Positions 1 to 9,061 of a DNA stretch of 52,382 nucleotides are shown here, in pieces. This DNA comes from Bacillota bacterium (GTDB lineage Bacteria > Bacillota > Halanaerobiia > Halanaerobiales > DATFIM01): positions 1-52,382 of the forward strand of contig JBNJDK010000005.1 of the NCBI GenBank assembly GCA_051744805.1, in the 5' to 3' direction. Positions within the stretch are counted from its first letter, which is position 1; every line of letters begins with the position of its first letter. The notes under the pieces were generated by a model. It saw only the letters and a list, made by a program, of their open reading frames with translations. It did not search any database and had not been told where the DNA came from. Made by a program: the position numbers and the translations under genes.

Positions 1-699
1 AATACAAATATTTCATTAAAAAATATTGAAAAATTAATTAATAAATTAAAGGGAGAAAATCAAATTATAGAATTTACTAATGGGAATGTAAAAAGTTATT
101 TACATATAAAAAACTATAATAGTTTAAAAGAAGAGATTCTTAAGTTATTAAATAATTTTCATCAGAAATATTCACTCCGAATTGGATATCCAAAAGAAGA
201 ATTGAGAAAAAAGATTTTTATAAATTTAAACAAAAAAGAATTTGATCAATTAATTTCTAATTTGAAAAATAAAAATAAGATAAAAACTGAAGGATCAAAA
301 CTAGCTTTAAAAGAATTTGAAATAAAATATAATTCCAGACAAAAAGAAATCAAAAATTCTATTATTGATATTTTTAAAGATAATTTTATGCCTCCTACCA
401 AAGATGAAATACCTGTAAAATTTGATAATGAAAAAGAAGCATTAGAAGTCTTTCAGGCCATTGTCAATGAAAGTTTATTAAAAAAAGTTGACCATAAATT
501 ATATTTCCATAGAGATACAATCGATAAGGCTGAAGAATTATTAAAAAATTATTTAAAAGAAAATAAATCAATAGAGTTAAGTGAATTTAGAGATTTACTT
601 GAAAGCAGTCGAAAATATGCTTTACCTTTATTAGAATATTTTGATCAAAAAGATTATTTAGTTCGAGAAGGGGATAAGAGAAAACTAAATAAGCAATAA
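1..699 (+). CDS. selB: Selenocysteine-specific elongation factor SelB, C-terminal winged-helix region (5' partial)
   Basis: Frame is open from base 1. Contains FHQKYSLRIGYPKEELR and the WH4 SECIS-binding motif FRDLLESSRKYALPLLEYFD. Adjacent to tRNA-Sec. Confidence 0.93.
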   Translation, partial: NTNISLKNIEKLINKLKGENQIIEFTNGNVKSYLHIKNYNSLKEEILKLLNNFHQKYSLRIGYPKEELRKKIFINLNKKEFDQLISNLKNKNKIKTEGSKLALKEFEIKYNSRQKEIKNSIIDIFKDNFMPPTKDEIPVKFDNEKEALEVFQAIVNESLLKKVDHKLYFHRDTIDKAEELLKNYLKENKSIELSEFRDLLESSRKYALPLLEYFDQKDYLVREGDKRKLNKQ

Positions 700-764
700 T
701 AAAATATGGAAATAAATTTGAAAAATTATTTAATTTTGTTTAAAATGGTAATAATGTAAGGCAT

Positions 765-790
765 AAAAAATCTCCTTATAATAAAGGAGT
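765..790 (-). terminator. Intrinsic terminator downstream of tRNA-Sec
   Basis: CTCCTT (772-777) / AAGGAG (784-789) hairpin followed on the minus strand by ATTTTTT. Confidence 0.5.
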
Positions 791-814
791 AAGTGGAAGT
801 TTTATAGAATTATA

Positions 815-913
815 TGGCGGGAATGTGTGGGAATCGAACCCACCACAGACAGGACCGCCTGCCTGCCACTGGATTTGAAGTCCAGGGTGCCCACCTTGGG
901 CACAGCCACTCCC
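815..913 (-). tRNA. selC: tRNA-Sec (anticodon UCA)
   Basis: Minus strand folds to a 6-bp D stem GTGCCC/GGGCAC, anticodon arm CTGGA-CTTCAAA-TCCAG, 9-bp variable arm, T arm GTGGG-TTCGATT-CCCAC, G discriminator and encoded CCA. Confidence 0.96.
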
Positions 914-927
914 ATATCACTTTCATA

Positions 928-956
928 ATTATAATATATTTATATTAAAATGTAAA
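928..956 (-). promoter_or_regulatory. Sigma-A-type promoter for selC
   Basis: TTTACA-17 nt-TATAAT on the minus strand, ending 14 nt before the tRNA 5' end. Confidence 0.65.
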
Positions 957-965
957 CCATTTCAA

Positions 966-3692
966 ATGAAAAATAATATTTTCGGGAGGTTGATAATTAT
1001 TAGTAGTCAGGAATTTTATAAAATGAATATAAATAAAATTAAAGAGTTTTTAAAAGTTGATAAAGATAAAGGATTATCAAATAAAGAAGCAAATAAACGA
1101 TTAAAAAAATATGGTAAAAATAAATTAAAAAAGTCTAAAGGTATTTCAGCTTACGAAGTTTTTATTGATCAATTTAAAGATATAATTGTTATTTTACTTT
1201 TAGCAGCTTCAATTATTGCATTTTTGATTGGAGATTATGTCGAAGGGGTGGCTGTTTTAGCAGTTATTTTAATAAATGCTATTTTTGGATTTATAACTGA
1301 ATATAATGCTGAAAAATCCTTAGAAGCTTTAAAAGAAATGGTTTCTCTTAAAGCAAAAGTTCTTAGAGATGGAAAATTAAAAGAAATTGATGCTGAAAAA
1401 GTAGTTCCTGGAGATATAATGATTCTTGATGAAGGAGATAGAGTTAGTGCAGATGGAAGATTACTTGAATCTGACAAATTAAATGTAAATGAATCTGTTT
1501 TGACCGGTGAAGCTGAAACGGTCTCTAAAGATTATTCTGCAAAAATTGAAAGTTATACTCCTTTAGCAGAAAGAGAAAATATGGTATATATGGGTACATC
1601 TGTAACTAGAGGTAATGGAGTTGTTTTAGTAACCTCTACAGGTACTGAAACTGAAATGGGACAAATTAGTAATCTTTTAGACAAAACGGAAAGTGATAAA
1701 ACTCCTCTTGAAGACCGTCTGGATACTATGGGGAAAGCTCTTGTAAAATTAACTTTAATAATTGCTGTAATAGTAACTGGAATTGGAATTTTGGTTGGAA
1801 AACCAGTTGTAGAAATGTTAAAAACAGGAATAGCTTTAGCTATAGCTGCTGTTCCAGAAGGTTTACCTATTGTAGCAACAATTACTCTGGCAGTTGGTAT
1901 GAAAAAAATGGTTAAAAATAATGCACTTGTACGGCGATTACCTGCTGTTGAAACTTTAGGTTCAACCACTATTATTTGTACAGATAAAACTGGTACTATT
2001 ACTGAAAATCAAATGACACTTAGAAATATATATTTAAGTAATAAGGATATTAAAATTAGTGGAAGAGGTTATAAACCTGAAGGAGAATTTTCTTTAGAAA
2101 AGGGAGGAGATATTTCTTCGAATTTACAGGAAGATTTATCACTATTTTTGAAAGCAGCTTCACTTTGTAGTAATGCGACTTTAACGAAAGAAAAAGATAA
2201 TTGGAAGATTATTGGTGATCCAACTGAAGGTGCTTTGGTTACTGCAGCTAAAAAGAATGGTTTTGATAAAGAAGAAATGGAAAAAAATAATTATGAGAGG
2301 TTAGAAGAAATTCCTTTTAGATCAGAAGAAAAATATATGGCAGTTTCTTATCAGAATGAGAATAAAGAAAATTTTGTGTTTGTTAAAGGAGCACCATCTG
2401 TAGTATTTGAAATGTGTAAATACGAATTAGTTAATGGTGAAAAAGTTGAATTAACAGAAAAAAGAAGAGAAGAATTGAGTAAAAAGAATAATGAAATGGC
2501 GAAAAAAGGACTTCGTTTATTGGCAGTAGCTTATAATAAAGGAAATAAAGCAGAATCTGAAAAAGAAATCAAAAATACAATTAATGATGGTCTGGTTTTT
2601 GCAGGTTTAGCAGGAATTATGGATCCGCCACGAAAAGAAGTAGTTTCTTCTATTAAAGAGGCACAAACTGCTGGTATAGTTACAAAAATGATTACAGGTG
2701 ATCAAAGTGACACAGCTTTATCTATTGCAGAAAAAGTTGGTATTCAAGATATTAATAAAGGTTCAATTTCTGGCCAGGAAATAGATAATATGACTGAAGA
2801 AGAATTAGGCGAAAGTATTGAAAATAATTCTGTTTTTTCAAGAGTTTCACCTGAAAACAAATTACAAATCATTAATTCATTGAATCAAAAAAATGAAATT
2901 ACGGCAATGACAGGTGATGGAGTAAATGATGCTCCGGCTTTAAAAAAGGCTGATATTGGTATTGCAATGGGTAAGCGCGGTACTTCTGTAGCTAAAAGTG
3001 CTTCAGATATGGTTTTGTTGGATGATAGTTTTAGCACAATTGTTAAAGCTATTAAAGAAGGAAGAGTTATTTTTGATAATATTCAAAAGTTTATTTACTA
3101 TCTTTTTTCCAGTAATCTAAGTGAAATTATTTTTATTTTTTTAGGAATAGTTTTACAGGTTCCTATGCCTTTACTGGCATTACAAATTTTATGGCTTAAT
3201 CTGATAGTTGATGTTTTTCCAGCTCTATCACTTGGATGGGAAAGTGAAGAAGAAAATATTATGAAAAGACCACCTCGTGATCCAGATAAATCAATTCTTA
3301 CTAATAAGTTTAAGAAAAAAATATTATTTCATAGTACTATAATTGCTTTAGGACCTCTAATTACTTTTCTTATTGTATTAAATAGTGGTCATTCAATAGT
3401 ATTAAGTAGAACAGTGAGTTTTGCAGTACTTTCTTTTACTCAATTATTTCATGTTTTTAATGCAAGACGAAAAAATGGATTTGGGTTTGATAAATCAATA
3501 TTAAAAAATCATTATTTATGGCCAGCAATAGCTTTGAGTATATTTTTTCAGCTTATTGCTATTTATAATCCTTTTTTGCAAAATATATTATCTACTGAAG
3601 CAATACCACTTGCTATGTGGCCAGGAATCTCACTTGGATTTATTATTCCTATAATTATAATCCAAATTTTAAATATAAAAAATAATAACTAG
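966..3692 (+). CDS. Cation-transporting P-type ATPase (type IIA, Ca2+-like); start uncertain (966 ATG, 996/999 ATT or 1023 ATG)
   Basis: PEGL, DKTGT phosphorylation site, LTGEA actuator variant, KGAP, MITGD and [17 protein letters not shown] motifs; multiple TM segments. Confidence 0.93.
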   Translation: MKNNIFGRLIIISSQEFYKMNINKIKEFLKVDKDKGLSNKEANKRLKKYGKNKLKKSKGISAYEVFIDQFKDIIVILLLAASIIAFLIGDYVEGVAVLAVILINAIFGFITEYNAEKSLEALKEMVSLKAKVLRDGKLKEIDAEKVVPGDIMILDEGDRVSADGRLLESDKLNVNESVLTGEAETVSKDYSAKIESYTPLAERENMVYMGTSVTRGNGVVLVTSTGTETEMGQISNLLDKTESDKTPLEDRLDTMGKALVKLTLIIAVIVTGIGILVGKPVVEMLKTGIALAIAAVPEGLPIVATITLAVGMKKMVKNNALVRRLPAVETLGSTTIICTDKTGTITENQMTLRNIYLSNKDIKISGRGYKPEGEFSLEKGGDISSNLQEDLSLFLKAASLCSNATLTKEKDNWKIIGDPTEGALVTAAKKNGFDKEEMEKNNYERLEEIPFRSEEKYMAVSYQNENKENFVFVKGAPSVVFEMCKYELVNGEKVELTEKRREELSKKNNEMAKKGLRLLAVAYNKGNKAESEKEIKNTINDGLVFAGLAGIMDPPRKEVVSSIKEAQTAGIVTKMITGDQSDTALSIAEKVGIQDINKGSISGQEIDNMTEEELGESIENNSVFSRVSPENKLQIINSLNQKNEITAMTGDGVNDAPALKKADIGIAMGKRGTSVAKSASDMVLLDDSFSTIVKAIKEGRVIFDNIQKFIYYLFSSNLSEIIFIFLGIVLQVPMPLLALQILWLNLIVDVFPALSLGWESEEENIMKRPPRDPDKSILTNKFKKKILFHSTIIALGPLITFLIVLNSGHSIVLSRTVSFAVLSFTQLFHVFNARRKNGFGFDKSILKNHYLWPAIALSIFFQLIAIYNPFLQNILSTEAIPLAMWPGISLGFIIPIIIIQILNIKNNN

Positions 3693-3708
3693 AGAGGATG
3701 TTATAAAA

Positions 3709-4167
3709 ATGGAAATAAAATATTTAGCAGACAGTAAAGATGATATTCCAAAAGTAATTAACTGGTTATATGAACAATGGGGACACAATTATGAATATGG
3801 GAAACAGGTATGGACTAAAAGAATAAATAACCGGTTAGAAAAAAAGACTATCCCAACTACTTTTGTAGCCTTAGAAAAAGGGGAAGCAGTTGGTACAGCT
3901 TCCCTTATTAAACATGATATGGATGATAGAAAAGATTTAACTCCCTGGTTAGCAGATGTATTTGTTAAAAAAGACTATCGCGGAAGAGGAATAGCTTCAA
4001 ATTTGGTAAAAAGAGTTATTAAAGAAGCGAAAGAAATTGGAGTGTCTAAATTATATTTATATAGCCGAGAAGCTGAAGGTTTATATAAGAAATTAGGTTG
4101 GGAAGTTATAGAAAGAACTGAGTATTATGATGAGCAAGTACCAATCATGATCTATAAAATAGACTAG
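3709..4167 (+). CDS. GNAT family N-acetyltransferase
   Basis: Acetyl-CoA motif VFVKKDYRGRGIA and LYKKLGW. Confidence 0.85.
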   Translation: MEIKYLADSKDDIPKVINWLYEQWGHNYEYGKQVWTKRINNRLEKKTIPTTFVALEKGEAVGTASLIKHDMDDRKDLTPWLADVFVKKDYRGRGIASNLVKRVIKEAKEIGVSKLYLYSREAEGLYKKLGWEVIERTEYYDEQVPIMIYKID

Positions 4168-4264
4168 AAGGTTTAAATTTTGCTTTAAATAGTATATAAT
4201 ACAGTATGGTGTTTAAATAATTAGCTAATAAATATAATATTTAATAACAGGAGGAAATAAGTTT

Positions 4265-5359
4265 ATGAAGATTGGTATTGTTGGTTTACCTAATGTAGGT
4301 AAATCTACTTTGTTTAATGCAATGACTCAAGTACAGGCAGATGCAGAAAATTATCCTTTTTGTACTATTGACCCAAATATAGGTGTTGTAAAAGTTCCTG
4401 ATGAAAGATTGGAAGTTTTAAATGAAATGTATGACCCCAAAAAGAAAACGCCTACAATGATAGAGTTTGTTGATATTGCAGGACTTGTAAAAGGGGCAAG
4501 TGAAGGTGAAGGTCTTGGTAATCAATTTTTGGCACATATTCGTGAAGTTGATGCTATTGCCCAGGTAGTTAGATGTTTTACAAATGAAGATATTGCTCAT
4601 GTTGATGGAGAACTTGGACCTAAAAGAGATATTGAAACTATAAATACTGAATTGATGTTAGCAGATCTTGATACAGTTGAAAAAAGATTAGAAAAGGCAG
4701 AAAGAAAAGCTAAAAGTGGTGAAAAAGAAGATATAAAAGAGGTTGAAGAATTAAAAAAATTAAAAGAAGCTTTAGAAACAGGAAAAAATATTAGAGAACT
4801 TGAATTTAATAAAATTACTAATAATTTAATAAAAGAATTACAACTTTTATCAGCCAAACCCATTATCTATGTATGTAATATTAATGAAGATGAGATTAAT
4901 AATTCAGAAGATAACAAATATGTAAAAGAAGTGAAAGAACATGCCCAAAAAGAAGGGGCTGGAGTTGTTAAAATTAGTGCAGAAATAGAAGCTGACATTG
5001 CTGAATTAGAAGAGGAAGATAAGGAGTTATTCCTCAATGATTTAGGTTTAGAAAGATCTGGTCTTGATACTTTAATAAAAGAAGGATATGATCTTTTAGA
5101 TCTTATTACATTTTTTACAGCCGGGAAAAAAGAAGTTAGAGCCTGGACAGTAAAAAGAGGATCTAATGCTCCAGAAGCTGCTGGAAAAATTCATACAGAT
5201 ATGCAAAGAGGTTTTATTAGGGCAGAGGTTGTGAGTTATAATGATTTAGTGGAAGCAGGTTCTATAGCTAATGCAAGAGATGAAGGATATTTAAGACTGG
5301 AAGGTAAAGATTATATAGTTAAAGATGGAGATGTTTGCTTTTTTAGATTTAATGTATAA
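4265..5359 (+). CDS. ychF: Redox-regulated ATPase YchF
   Basis: [42 protein letters not shown] and C-terminal TGS domain ([11 protein letters not shown]). Confidence 0.97.
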   Translation: MKIGIVGLPNVGKSTLFNAMTQVQADAENYPFCTIDPNIGVVKVPDERLEVLNEMYDPKKKTPTMIEFVDIAGLVKGASEGEGLGNQFLAHIREVDAIAQVVRCFTNEDIAHVDGELGPKRDIETINTELMLADLDTVEKRLEKAERKAKSGEKEDIKEVEELKKLKEALETGKNIRELEFNKITNNLIKELQLLSAKPIIYVCNINEDEINNSEDNKYVKEVKEHAQKEGAGVVKISAEIEADIAELEEEDKELFLNDLGLERSGLDTLIKEGYDLLDLITFFTAGKKEVRAWTVKRGSNAPEAAGKIHTDMQRGFIRAEVVSYNDLVEAGSIANARDEGYLRLEGKDYIVKDGDVCFFRFNV

Positions 5360-5388
5360 TTTATCAGATTTATAAAGAGGTGATAATC

Positions 5389-5658
5389 ATGACTGATTTT
5401 ATTAATTTTTTTCGCAATGAATTTTTTCCTGATTTTATAAAATTTTTAAATAAAGTTTTGGAAGCCTCTTTTAATTTGCGTTTATCTTATAATCAATTAG
5501 CTATCATTGGAGGACTTTTCCTCTTAATGATACTTTCTTTGATGATTGAAGTAATAAAAAAAGCAATTCCTTTAATCATTTTATTTATAATAATATATTA
5601 TCTGGTTTACGGAAATTTATCTTTTATAAAAGACTTAGTCACTACAGTTGATAATTAA
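5389..5658 (+). CDS. Small hypothetical membrane protein
   Basis: SD AGAGGTG before ATG 5389; two hydrophobic segments; sits between ychF and the AEC transporter. Confidence 0.6.
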   Translation: MTDFINFFRNEFFPDFIKFLNKVLEASFNLRLSYNQLAIIGGLFLLMILSLMIEVIKKAIPLIILFIIIYYLVYGNLSFIKDLVTTVDN

Positions 5659-5672
5659 AGGAGTCGAAATTA

Positions 5673-6620
5673 ATGGCCTTTTATGATGCAGTCAGTAGTA
5701 TTTTAAGTATATTTTTCATGATATCATTAGGATATTATTTAACTCATATAAATTGGTTTAAAGAAGAAACAGCCGGTATTTTTTCAAAGGTAATTTTAAA
5801 TATTTCATTACCTGCTTTAATAATTTATAATTTGATAACTTCTTTTGCCAAAGATGAATTATTATATATGTGGTCCAGTCTTCTTTTTCCACTATTAGGA
5901 TTAATATTTTCTTATTCTTTAGGTAGAATAGTTGCAAATATAATTGGGATAGCTAAAGATGAAAGAGGACTTTTTACAGCATTATTTACTTTTTCTAATA
6001 CAGTTTTTATTGGAATGCCAGTTAATTTGGCTTTTTTTGGTGAAGAGAGTATAACAATTGCTACTTTATATTATATAGCACATACAACTTTCTTTTGGAC
6101 AGTTGGAATTTATGGTATTAAAAAAGATAAAGGTAAGGTAGGAGATAAATTAATTTCTTTAAATAGTATTAAAAATATTTTTTCTCCTGTACTCATTGCT
6201 TATCTTTTTGCTAATACATTGATATTTTTAGAAATTTCTCTTCCTACTTTTTTACTTGACTCGGCTGAATATCTTAGTAGTATGACTACTCCACTTTCTA
6301 TGATTTTTTTGGGAATAACACTTTATTATGTAAAATTAGATAGTTTAAAAATTGATAAAAAACTTATATTTTTGCTTTTAGGAACTTTTATTTTAACTCC
6401 AGCAGTAGTATATATAGTAGTTTTATTTTCAGGAAGGCCTCTGTTAATGCAGAAAGTTTTTATCTTAGAGGCAGCTATGCCTGCAATGGCTACTACACCT
6501 ATTGTTGCTAAGGAATATGGTGAAAATCATGAATTTGCTGCTTTAGTAGTTGGTTTAACAACAGCCTTGAGTATTATTATGATTCCTATTTATCTTTTTA
6601 TTTTATCTACGATAGTATAG
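5673..6620 (+). CDS. AEC (auxin efflux carrier) family transporter
   Basis: About 10 TM; ISLPALI, FSNTVFIGMPV and EAAMPAM motifs. Confidence 0.88.
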   Translation: MAFYDAVSSILSIFFMISLGYYLTHINWFKEETAGIFSKVILNISLPALIIYNLITSFAKDELLYMWSSLLFPLLGLIFSYSLGRIVANIIGIAKDERGLFTALFTFSNTVFIGMPVNLAFFGEESITIATLYYIAHTTFFWTVGIYGIKKDKGKVGDKLISLNSIKNIFSPVLIAYLFANTLIFLEISLPTFLLDSAEYLSSMTTPLSMIFLGITLYYVKLDSLKIDKKLIFLLLGTFILTPAVVYIVVLFSGRPLLMQKVFILEAAMPAMATTPIVAKEYGENHEFAALVVGLTTALSIIMIPIYLFILSTIV

Positions 6621-6651
6621 ATAAGAAGCCCATAATTAAGGAGGGGAAATT

Positions 6652-6843
6652 ATGCTTATTATTGACCGGTTTGAAGATGAGAAAGCAATTATTGAAAGTT
6701 CAGAAGGAGAATGTGAATTACCAAAAAATGAACTTCCTCCTGAAAGTGAAGAAGGTGATGTATTAAAGATAACTATTGATAAGGATAAGACTTCTTCTAG
6801 AAGAAAGGCTATAAAAGAATTAAGTAAAAAATTATTTGAATAA
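6652..6843 (+). CDS. DUF3006-like small protein
   Basis: IIDRFE..A.IE...LP....EGDVL pattern; strong SD AAGGAGG. Confidence 0.75.
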   Translation: MLIIDRFEDEKAIIESSEGECELPKNELPPESEEGDVLKITIDKDKTSSRRKAIKELSKKLFE

Positions 6844-6854
6844 AGTTAATTTAA

Positions 6855-6883
6855 TTGACATATGTTCATATCCTCTATATAAT
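6855..6883 (+). promoter_or_regulatory. Consensus sigma-A promoter for the ferredoxin-like gene
   Basis: TTGACA (6855-6860)-17 nt-TATAAT (6878-6883). Confidence 0.8.
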
Positions 6884-6924
6884 AAAATATAGAAAACAAT
6901 AATTTATATAGAGGGGGTAATAAA

Positions 6925-7356
6925 ATGAATTTTAAAAAAGGATCTGGATCAGGTTCAGGATTTGGTAACAGGAGAGGTAAAGGACAATCCAGAAGAAATA
7001 AAGGTTTAGGCCCTGAAGGAAAATGTGTTTGTCCAAATTGTGGTACAGAAGTTGCTCACCAAAGAGGAATTCCCTGTTATGAACAAACCTGTCCAGAATG
7101 TGGCAGTACAATGATAAGATCAGAGTTATCCAATCAAAGTAATAATCAAAATACTACTTCTTATAATAATATTAACCAGAATAATAATATACCAACTATT
7201 GATAAAGACAAATGTACAGGTTGTGGCCAGTGTATAGATGCCTGCCCATTTGATGCTATTTCTTTAGTTAATGGGAAGGCAGAAATTGATGTTTCTCTAT
7301 GTAGAAGTTGTAATAAGTGTATTAGATCCTGTCCAGTTAGAGCTATAACCCCTTAA
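6925..7356 (+). CDS. 2[4Fe-4S] ferredoxin domain fused to an N-terminal Gly/Arg-rich, Cys-rich metal-binding module
   Basis: CTGCGQCIDACP and CRSCNKCIRSCP; N-terminal CVCPNCG...H...PC....CPECG. Confidence 0.85.
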   Translation: MNFKKGSGSGSGFGNRRGKGQSRRNKGLGPEGKCVCPNCGTEVAHQRGIPCYEQTCPECGSTMIRSELSNQSNNQNTTSYNNINQNNNIPTIDKDKCTGCGQCIDACPFDAISLVNGKAEIDVSLCRSCNKCIRSCPVRAITP

Positions 7357-7380
7357 TTATTATATTAGAAATCTTTAAAA

Positions 7381-7449
7381 TGATATAACCCCCTTATGGT
7401 AGACAGATTAAATAATAAAAATCTGTTTATCAGAAAGGGGGCTTTTTTT
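7381..7449 (+). mobile_element. Probable IS3/IS150-family end remnant (no transposase) forming a terminator-like hairpin
   Basis: Starts TG-ATATAACCCCC; long imperfect inverted repeat CCCCCTT-ATGGTAGACAGATT...AATCTGTTTATCA-GA-AAGGGGG followed by a T7 run. Resemblance to Firmicute IS3 left ends is from memory. Confidence 0.5.
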
Positions 7450-7489
7450 CTTTATTAAAAAGATATACAATGGTAGGGGAGGTATTTTT

Positions 7490-8074
7490 ATGAAATTATT
7501 TCAAAATCTTAATTTTGTTTTTGTTTTTCTATTAATTTTATATTTTGTTCCATTTTTTATAGGATATTTTCTTAAAAAGAGTAATGATACTATTAAAATA
7601 AAAGGATCAAATATTATTGAACAGGGTATAGCTGATCCAATAACAATTAAATTAGAGAATAAAATTAATAATTTAAAAAAGAAATCTGAAACAGAAAAAA
7701 ATTATTTATCCTATTTTAGTTTGCTTTTTATAGAAAAATTTTTTATTAATGCTTTAATAACCAGAATTTTATATGGTTTTATATTTATTATTCCTATTTT
7801 TTTAACTATCTGGAATGGTTTTAGTAGAGGAGTTTTTATTTTAGCAAATAAAAATAAAGTTTTAATGCCAATTATTATTGAAGATATTATTTATATTTTA
7901 GCTGCTTCAATAGGTGTTAATTTTGGGTCTCAAATATTTGATTTTTTATTATTAAAGTCAAAATTTAATTTAACTATCTCATCACTTATTATTAATTATT
8001 TGGTATATTTAATTTTATTACTATTACTTTTAACTACATTTAAAACTATAGTTGTTATTTGGAAAAGAAAATAA
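7490..8074 (+). CDS. Hypothetical membrane protein, possibly distant SpoIIM/DUF95-like
   Basis: SD GGGGAGGT; 4-5 TM; NG...G and E...YILAA..G pattern weakly recalls the SpoIIM family. Confidence 0.55.
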   Translation: MKLFQNLNFVFVFLLILYFVPFFIGYFLKKSNDTIKIKGSNIIEQGIADPITIKLENKINNLKKKSETEKNYLSYFSLLFIEKFFINALITRILYGFIFIIPIFLTIWNGFSRGVFILANKNKVLMPIIIEDIIYILAASIGVNFGSQIFDFLLLKSKFNLTISSLIINYLVYLILLLLLLTTFKTIVVIWKRK

Positions 8075-8078
8075 TAAA

Positions 8079-8873
8079 TCAAAAATTTATTTTTTTCCGC
8101 TTCTTCTTTTTCTTTTTTGCATAAAAAATAGTGAAAAATATTATTAATATTCCTATAGCCGCAGTTAATATAATACTTACATAACGGGGCTCAGCCTGAT
8201 ATCTTTTTAGTATTATACCTAAATAAGCCCAAATTACAACTAAGGCATAAATAGAATCAGCTCTATTTAGAGTATTTAAGATTGTTATAATAATTCCAAC
8301 AATTAAAATAATAATTGTCCAGGTTACTTCTGATAACCCCCATCCACTCCAGTTTATTGAAACCAGCCAGGCGGTTACATTAGCAATAGTTGCAATAGTA
8401 ATCCACCCTAAGTAAAGACTAAAAGGAATATTCACAAAAATTTTTTTAGCTTTTGTAAAATTGTTTCTTCCAATATTCAATCTTAAATAAATACCGATTA
8501 AACTAATTAACAGAATGATCATAAAAATAAGTGATAAAAATACCATTAGATGATGCCATGCAAATATCCAGCCAATATTAGCTAATGAAGAGATGAAAAA
8601 TAACCAGCCAATTTTTGGGATAAAATTTGGCGTTTTATTTAGTTTATTAATTAAACCTTTTGATTGATAAATAATAAATCCCAGAAGAAATAAATAAATT
8701 ACTCCCCAGATTGAAAAAGTTAGACCTGCTGGAACAAATAAGTTTGGATACATATCTGAGAGTTCTCCAGTATTATAACCATTTAAGGGAAGGTAATTAG
8801 CTAAAAAATTAGCAGTTATAACTCCTATAAAACCAACAATATTGGCAATTTGATATTTTTTAGTATTTTTCAT
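8079..8873 (-). CDS. Tryptophan-rich sensory (TspO/MBR-like) membrane protein
   Basis: NFLANYLPLNG..TGELSDMYPNLFVPAGLTFSIWGVIY and FSLYLGWITIATIAN; Trp-rich, multi-TM. Confidence 0.75.
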   Translation of the reverse strand: MKNTKKYQIANIVGFIGVITANFLANYLPLNGYNTGELSDMYPNLFVPAGLTFSIWGVIYLFLLGFIIYQSKGLINKLNKTPNFIPKIGWLFFISSLANIGWIFAWHHLMVFLSLIFMIILLISLIGIYLRLNIGRNNFTKAKKIFVNIPFSLYLGWITIATIANVTAWLVSINWSGWGLSEVTWTIIILIVGIIITILNTLNRADSIYALVVIWAYLGIILKRYQAEPRYVSIILTAAIGILIIFFTIFYAKKKKKKRKKINF

Positions 8874-8973
8874 GTAAACACCCCTTTTTATTTATAACAT
8901 TATTTCAAAATATTTCTTTGTTATTATATAATTAGACAATTTTACTATTTTTCCTGCATTTAGAGTTTTATAA

Positions 8974-9002
8974 TTGATATTTTGCTTAATTTTTACTATA
9001 AT
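8974..9002 (+). promoter_or_regulatory. Sigma-A-type promoter for the HD-GYP gene
   Basis: TTGATA-17 nt-TATAAT. Confidence 0.6.
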
Positions 9003-9061
9003 TAGTAAATACACTTACATATTACTATTTACTAGACTTTAAAGGTGATTGGAGGCAATTT

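Noticed and set aside
700-965. Genomic island integrated at selC
   Set aside because: selC is a known integration hotspot, but its 3' side leads directly to a terminator and selB. No integrase or duplicated tRNA 3' end was seen.
7490-8074. Genuine sporulation gene spoIIM
   Set aside because: Similarity is weak, the PHG..E motif is absent, and SpoIIM-like membrane proteins also occur in non-sporulators.
8079-8120. Poly-Lys tail of the TspO-like protein as a slippage or phase-variation tract
   Set aside because: The T runs are short and interrupted, common at this AT content, and lie at the extreme C-terminus where a shift would matter little.
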